Virus record (IMG/VR): IMGVR_UViG_3300045988_180769
Location: 41,942 to 105,941 of that record
Source of the DNA: a virus
Reading direction: 5' to 3' (one strand)
DNA length: 64,000 bases
Shown: positions 9,761 through 18,700 of the stretch, one piece after another
Numbering within the stretch: position 1 is the stretch's first letter
How the letters are laid out: the number at the start of each line of letters is the position of its first letter
The notes under the pieces: model-generated
Told to the model about the DNA's origin: nothing
The model's database searches: none
What the model saw: only the letters and a program-made list of their open reading frames with translations
Translations under genes and position numbers: made by a program

Positions 9761-12700
9761 TTACCAGATTAATTTATAACCATAAAAAGTTGTTGGTAAC
9801 TTTCCTGATATGGCTGGATTTGAATATGATGGGTATGCAAAAGAAATATAAGAATCTCCATTCCAAGATAAAACTTCATAAACAGATGGTCTATATACTT
9901 CTGATAATCCCCCTGCAACAGATTGATTATATGTACCCTCCATATTAATCTTATCTCCTGAGCCACCTAAAGATTTCCAAACTCCTTCTACATCGCTATA
10001 TTGCCAACATGAAAATGATTTTGGATTATTTCCTTCTGCATATGATGTATTTTGAAATAATGCTCCAAAACAACCTGCTGTTCCACTTATAAATAAAATC
10101 ATTTTTGTACCTGACTTTGAAAAAATAATTTCTTGAACATAATAAGAAGCCATTTGACTTCTTAAAAAAGCTGTATGTTCTGTGTTCATATAAGTTTGTG
10201 AATCAACAATAAACCCATTCGCATTAATAATAACATTTCCATTATAATAATAAGAATAAAGTCCTTTTGCATATCCAAATAAAGTTGGAGACCCTTTTGG
10301 AACAAAAAACATCCATGTACAATTAGAATTGATCCAACAATTAGCACCAAGATTTGCTTGAATTACAGAAACTTGATTATCATAGTATGAATAGTTTGTT
10401 GAATTGTTAACTTGTAATGTTCTATCGTATTTTATACAAGAGAGTTTCCATGCTGTTAGTGCTGAAGCCTGGTCCAAACCCAATGCTAAAGTCACAAAGT
10501 ATGTATTATCTTCGTAAGCCTTCATAAACTTATAATAAGAAGTTGTTGTATTCACACTACCACTCATGTTTATAAGCGTATTGGAGGGTACATAATTATG
10601 TAATGTTGCTACGAAAGATTTTGGTTCAAAAGAGGGTGATATGATTATTTCACCTGACTCCACTGTATTATGACCAAGTACTACACCACCAATGCAAGAA
10701 TAACTATTTAAACAGCCAAAATTACTAAAATAGTTATTTGGATTAGATGAAGTTCCGAATGTTGTATTTATTATTAATCGCGATAAACACTGTTGATGAT
10801 TGATATTATACATAAGTGTAAATGTTGCAATCGCAATTTTTGGCAAAGATTCCTGAGGTGATGCTGTGAACATATACAGAATACATTTTTCAAAAGTTCC
10901 CCAAGCACCAGATGTTTGGCTTGAAATCTCATGAAAAATCACTTTTGATTTCATTATATTCTGATCATACATAGATAAACTTAACTGTTCTGAATATTGT
11001 CCAATATTTGAAGTATTCACAGCTGCCATATCAAATTGTCCAAGATTAAAGAAACCTCGACTTGAATAAAAGTTAGCGCAACCAACTGATGGGATTTTAT
11101 TCGAAGGTAAATTATTATAATCAAGAGGAACTACATAGGCTGAACTGTTACTTGGTTGAGAATAATAAGGATTATAACTTGGACCAATTCCTGTATATCT
11201 TCCATAACTATATTGATTACCTGCTGCATAATCATACACTTTTTGCACCCAACCATTATTGCCAATATACATAGCTCTTACTTGTACACTTTGATCAATA
11301 TTAAAGTTCCATACAGCAGGATATGTTGTGGTAACTGGATAATCACCTGAACTTGCACCTGTGCCCCATCCAGTTACCAATCCTCCTAACTGTAAGTAAT
11401 AAGCTCCTGGTCTAATAACAATCGATACTGTACCTGCAGAATTCGTTGTTCCTGAATAATTTATTGTGCTTTTGTTCGTAGATAATTTTACTGCACAATT
11501 AGCTGCAACCAAAGATGTATTATCCTCTCTCACTACATTAAATGTAATCGTAGCTTCACTTGGTACGAGCTTAATTGTAAAGTTCGTAGTATTGGCATTA
11601 GTTGTCTCTAATGAATCATATTTGGAAGCACTTACTTGGTATCTGTTCGTAAGTCCTGATACATAAACTGTTGCCTGTCCTGATGCATTTGTTGTAACAG
11701 TTTGTGGTGCGTAACCACCTGAAAAGGCACCTGAAATTGCATTACTACCATTAAGACCATACATCTTTATTGTCGCTCCACTTACTGCAGCATTTGTTAA
11801 ACTGTTTTGAACAGTCACTACAATCGTCTTTATCGCAACAGATGTAAATGCATTTGATTCTGCAGTTGGAACATTACTGAAATTATATGTAGGGGTGATA
11901 ACATAAGGAGTTTCAGTTGTAGTTGCTCCTGTTACGAAGTAATTTGCAACTTTTGCCACTACTGTTGTCGCAATACCTGCAATCCAAGTATAAGTTCCTA
12001 AATAAGAAACAGCTTCACTATTGGAAAGAGTTACTGTAGTTGCAGTACCTGCTGTTGTATAAACAGGTTTCATATAAGTATTTATTGCCCACCAACCTAA
12101 CGCAGAACCATACTTAATTCTAAAAAACGATCCAATAGATCTTGTCAATCTTGAAGCATTGTGTGTTGATGCTGCAGTTGGCATATTAATGTTTGCACTA
12201 CCAGCGACCCAATAACTTGTTCCTCCTCCCCATCTTACTATGTATGTACCAGTAATCATTGGTCCAAAACTTACTTGACCTGATGAATTAGTACTTCCAC
12301 TGAATGTAATAGTAGAAAGAGTTGTATTTGTTAATGTAACTGGACAGCCATTTGTATTTCCTTTTATGACTCCTTGATATACATCTTTAATCGTAATCGT
12401 AATCGAAGAAGTTGCTTCACTCAATATAATATTTACTGGAGAAGCAGTACCTGCAGCTAATTGTGCAGATCCTGAAACATAATTTGTTTTTGAATAGGAA
12501 TAAGTTCTTGTTACAGCACATCCACTTCGTAACAAAGATACATTTCCTGAAGAGTCTGTTGTTCCAGTTTGACCCAACATTGTTAATGTAACACCACTTA
12601 AATTTCCACCATAGTTTTTACTCTTTACATTAAAAGTTATTCTTGTGGAAGCAGTTAAATTCATTGTCCAACCTTCACCTTCAGTAGTCCATGTATGAGT

Positions 12701-15700
12701 CTGTGTGGCATTGCTATAATAACTTGCATAGTTCTTAGGAGTATAAGTGTAAACAAGGCCTGCATAGACTGTATTTGATTTTTGACCATTTCCATCTAAC
12801 GTTAGATCTGCATTTCCTCCAGTACTTGTTCTCGACATCACAGTAGAAGCCAATCTATAACTATTCGATCCGATAACTTCATTCACTGTTAATGTTACAG
12901 TTACTGTTGTTCTCAGCATTGTAATCGTATATGGACTTGTCTGAGCTGCTGTCACAGTTCCTGAATAAGGATTGAAATATGTAGCTGTTCCTGTTAATGG
13001 TTTATCTAATCCACTTCGATAAAAGAAAACATATCCTTCTGATGTCGTTGTTTCTTTTTGACCAAAATAAACTAAATTCGCCCCAGGCAACACTGTACTC
13101 GCTGGTACATTTGAAACAACATTTACTCTTATTGAATTATTACATTTCAAACTTATCAATGCCACCTGACCTGACGAAGTAAAGGTAATCGCATTATCTG
13201 GATTACTATAATAATTTCGATAATCAACTACACCAAAAGTAATTGGAGTTCCAAGATAACAAGCGAAAGTTACATTTCCTGCTGTATCTAATGTCAATGG
13301 ACTTGTAGAAGCTGCAGGTGTGAAAGTCATCTTCTTTGATGGATAAACAGATACTGGGTTGTACGAACCATTACTTGGCGTTGCCTTTCTTGTTAATGTC
13401 ACTGCTGAACCACCACTATTATTATAGATAGTGATATTATTATTCCCATTTTGGAAAGAATAGTCAGAATGACGAGATACCATCTTATCATATGTACATG
13501 CTCTCTGGATAATGGTTCCTGCTGTAGAACTTGTAAAATTATTTCCTGTTATATCATAAACAGTTGCCAATCCTAATTGCCACGCCACAGGTCTTGTTGT
13601 TCCTTGTAAAACAAAGAAGAATGTTGATGAAAATGTTCCAGTAGAGTATGTTCTTATATAATACATGTATAAACCCCAATCTCCTGTACCTGCAGTTCCA
13701 GTTAACCATCGTGATACTGCACTATCTCCAATTGCATTCGTATGAAAAGAAATACTATATCCAGTAGGAACTTTTGCATAAAAATATGCTACATATTCTT
13801 TATTTGCAGCAGTTGGGAATGAATATGTAAATCCTCCTAAACCAGGACTTGTACTTCCACTTGCTGCAGTCGCAATTTCCAAACAATAACCACTATGAAC
13901 TAATGTAGCTTCTTGTACACTTAAAGTGACATTCGCAGATAAACGAGAAAGAACAACATTCACTGTTCCAGTAGTTCCTGAACCAATCTGCCCAGATGTT
14001 CCTGTATGATATGTAGCTGAAACTTGATATTCTCTTCCTGGAACGCCTCTATAGAAACTTACATTACCACTCGAATCAGTCACACCAGCCTGTCCAAAGA
14101 AAGTTACATTCGCACCACTCAAATTAGTCCCTGATGGAATATTTGATTTAATATTGAATGTAATTCGAGCTGTAATATTCAATGTCATTTTGAAAGTTTG
14201 ATTCGCAGCAGTGAAAGTATAAGTTTGTGTTGGATTGCTATACCACGAAGGCGCTTCTTGTACTGTAAATGTTGTTGGCGTTCCAAGATATGCTGTAAAT
14301 GATACAGTACTGTTTGCATTCAATGTAACACTGCTTCCACTTGTAAGTGGTGAAACAGTTATAGGTCGATTTGGGTAACTATAATCTGTTGTTGCCCCTG
14401 GATATCTTTCAACCACCTGTAAAGTTACAGTAGCAGTCTTTCTTGTCAATACAATATTGAATGGAGATGCAGAAGTTGATAATATTGTTCCGCTATAACC
14501 ATTTATATAAGAACTGTCGCCTACAGTTATTGACTTATCCAATCCACTTCTATAGAAAGATGCGTTTCCTGAAGCATCTGTGGTTTTCGTTTGATTGAAA
14601 TATGTCACGCTCATATTTGCAGCGACATTTCCAGTTGGAACATTTACTTTAGTATTTACCACAATCTGTTTTGCACAAGTCAATGACATCGTCTGTGATT
14701 GACCTTCACTTGTATATGTGAATGATTGAGATGGATTACTATAAAAATCAGTATTTTCTGTTACACTAAATGTTATCGCTGTTCCAAGAATACCACTGAA
14801 TGAAACATTTCCTGAAGAATCTGTTGTAATATTTCCAGTAGATGAACCTGCTGTCCATTTAATCGTTTTACCAGCGTAAGCAAATGTTCCTGTGACTCCT
14901 GGAATTGTTTCTACTACTTTCAATACAATAGGAGTTGTTGCTCTTATCATTGTAATATTGAAAGGGGAAGATTGTGCTGCAGTCAGGGTCGTTGATAATG
15001 TATCAAAATATGTCGCAGAAGAAGAAAGGCTTTGATTCAAACCACTTCTTAAGAAAGTCGCATTTCCAGATGCATCTGTTGTCTTTGTCTGATGGAAATA
15101 CGATACAGATGCTCCTTGAATATTTGTACTCGCAGGAATATTTGATTTAACATTTACCACTACATTTGCAGAACAAGTTAAATTCATCACCCATGACTGT
15201 CCTGATGCTGTGAATGTATGAGCTTGACTGGCATTACTGTAATAGTTCGAATAATTCGTTGGAACAAATGTATAAGAAATTCCAAGATAATAAGTACCAC
15301 TGACTAATTGTCCATTAGCGTTTAGATCATGAGAAGATCCTGTTATCCCTGGTCTTGAAATTGTAATTTTGCTATTCGCCAATGGATAGTTTGTTCCTGA
15401 AATCGTTTCATTTACTGTTAAAAGCGCAGTAACAGCAATTCTTGTCAATGTCACTGTAAGTGGTGATGTTTGAGCTGCTGTAATTGTTCCAGAATAAGGA
15501 TTGAAGTAAGAACCATTACTTACACTTAATCCTTGTGTTAATCCACTTCGATATAATGAAACTGTACCATCGCTCGCTGCTGTTCCTGTTTGATTGAAAT
15601 ATGTAACTGTTGCTCCACCTAAATTAGGATCGGTTACATATATGTCTGTTATGGCTTTAATCGTTATTTTTGCTGAACAAGTTAAATTCATTGCAAACGA

Positions 15701-18700
15701 TTGACCTGCTGCAGTATATGTATGAGATTGAGTTGGATTGGAATAAAACTCAGGGTGCAATACAACTGCGAAACTTATTGGAATGCCTAAGTATGCATCA
15801 AAAGATGCTGTACCTGTCGCGCTTAATGTTAATGTCCCATTTCCTGCTGCAGATGTATAATTGATCGTCATTCCATTATAAGCAAACGATCCAGTCACTC
15901 CTGGAATAACCTCTGCAACACTAATTGTTACTGTTTGCTTAATTCTATATAGCAATACATTTACTGGAGAAGTAGTTGTAGGAGTTATAGTTCCTTGTTT
16001 AGTATCGTATCCACTATCATCTACACTATAATCTTTTGTTAAAGCAGAACGATATAAAACAGCGTTTCCTGATGCATTCGTTGTTACTTGTTGTGAATTC
16101 CAAGTTACTGTTGCTCCTTGTAAATTAGTACCAGCATATTGATCTTTTACATTAAATGTGATTTGAGCTGATACGTTCAAATTCATTGGCCAAATATATC
16201 CATCCTCTGTCCAAGTATAAGTTTGTGTTGGATTTGAATAAAAGTTTGGATAAGCATCTGTTGTAAATGTATATGGTAGCGTTTTGATCAATGTCATATT
16301 TGCATATCCATTCTCATCTAAGGTAATTGTAATTTCACCTGCCTTAGATGTCATTGTAAGAGTTTGGTCTGCTAAATAAGCACTTCCATTTGAACCAAAA
16401 ATCTCTGACACCTGAATACCAGCATTAATCAATTCATACTTAACCTCAACATCAATAACTGTTCCAGTAGAAGTTTGAGGATGAAAGAATGTTCCAGTTG
16501 TGATTTCACCAGCCAAAACTGCGTAACTGTAATTTCCAGTAAATACATCTGGAATAATTGTTAAACCATTTACATCAGTTGTTCCTTCATAAACAAGTGT
16601 TGACTTATCTTCATTGGTAATTCTTACTATGATTCCTTCTGGTGCTATAATACCTCCTGTAGAAACATTGAATGTAACTGGAAAGACTTGTGCTTTCAAT
16701 GTAATATCCATTCTTGTTTCACTTCCAGTAGGAGTAAATGTCAATGTCGTTGTATCATAATATTGAGCGCTTACTGTATAATTCATCGATATTGGTGAAA
16801 GATACATATAAACTATTCCATCACTATCTGTAGTTTGAGTTTGATCAACACTCATTCCTTTGAAGACAACAGTTGCTCCTGTTAATTCTCCATATTGATC
16901 ACTTGTAACATAAACAGGTATTCTTTTTGAACAAGTATATGTTAAAATAGGAGTTTTGGCATCTGTGTTATTAAGTTTTACTACTGCTCCATTACCTTCA
17001 TAAAAAACAACTGGTTGTACCTCAAATCTCTCAGGCAAACCAGCATAAATTGTTTTTGTGAATTGACCACTCGCGTTGGTCGTAACATTGGGTCCTGATG
17101 AAGTACCATTTTCATTGTAATAACATGCTAATACAAGACCAGCTTTGACAGGATTCGCTGTGGACGATATTAATGGCAGAATTTCTTTTACTGTCGCTGT
17201 GATAGAGAACGATCTTCTCGTAGCAATAATGCTCGTTGTTTTTTCTGTAGGTAGATAGATATCTTTTGTTGCGACCTCATAATTTCCATTTGCATCTCCA
17301 ACAGTGATTTTATAATTTCCAGGTGGAATATTAAATGTTCCATTTCCAAGAGTATTCAATACACCATTGGCATTCGTTGTCCCTGTAAATGTATATTGTT
17401 GACTTGGTGTCCCACCCCAAGTACTTGATACTGTTACAGGACAAGATTCTGCAACATGATTATATGGAACAGTATTACTTACTGTTAGATTAAATGTGAT
17501 CTGTTCATATGTTAATACGAGATCAATATAATCATTCGTCAATGGAGGAGTAAATGTTCCAGTCAATACATTATGATCGGGGAATGTACAAGTGTAACCC
17601 ATTGTTAATGGAGTAATATATACTTTCGCTGAACCATCTGATCCTGATGTAACAGTTTGATCTAAACTCATTCCTGTTACAACTATCTCTGCACCTTCCA
17701 ATGGTCTTAATGTATTTGCCTGTTTTACTCGAAGTTCTAATTGTTTAGAAGCTGTGATTTGCATATCAACAGGAAAATTTCCTTCGAAATTCCATGACAT
17801 TATAAATAATCCATTGTTTGTATAGAAACCAGCTTCTGTGATTGTAAATTCATAAGAAACTCCTGGAGTTATATCTGGAAAAATTGCTCCATTTTCATTA
17901 GTAGTATATTGCTTTGTTGTTCCATCGACAGTATTCTTTGCAGTTACCTTTAATCCTGATTTAACTGGCATAAAACGAGAAGACTTTTGTTGAGTCAACT
18001 TTATATTTCCAGTTGATTGACTAACTTCTGTTGTAACTGTTAAATCAATATAACATTCTCTTGGTGTCGCGTCCCTTTTTAGTTCAACATTTTCAGCTAC
18101 ATTTATCTGAGTTCCTTCTAAAGTAGCAAATGGACTGGGTATGGGGATAATGTTTATATCTAATCGAGCACCACCTAACAATAACCAATCGTATTCGACA
18201 TTCAAACCTCCATCTTCTGGTCTTCTAAAAGTTTGAACCAAATCTCTCATGTCAAAAGAAATAGCACTGTTTGGAACAAGAATACTTTCAGGCATTCTTA
18301 AAACATAATAAAAACCATCATTTCCTAAGGCTTCTACTGATTTTACTCCTGATACTTTAACTGTATCTTCATCTCCACTTACTCCTGGAATAAACTCTGT
18401 TAAATCAACTTCTGTATTAATGTCTTTTCTTTTCATTGTAAATGGCACCTCAATATCTTTGAGCTTTTCTAATGTAACATCTTGTGTCACTGAAATATAC
18501 CATTTGTGAGTTGCAGTCCAAGTATAATCATCAGCCTCTGCTGATAAGGTTACTTGACCTAAAGCATTCGTTACTCCTGAAGTAACTTTCTCCATTGTAC
18601 CTTTATTTACAAGATCAATGTTCACTCCTTCAATTACTTCTCCAGTTAATTGATCTGTGGCAATGAAAGTTACTTCTGTATCTCGAATTTGAATATAAAT

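Noticed and set aside
12416-16423. Diversity-generating retroelement (template/variable repeat) as an explanation for the repeated fibre units.
   Set aside because: No reverse transcriptase gene in the window. Repeat copies are diverged at all base types rather than adenine-specific, and they are in-frame tandem domains rather than a non-coding template copy.
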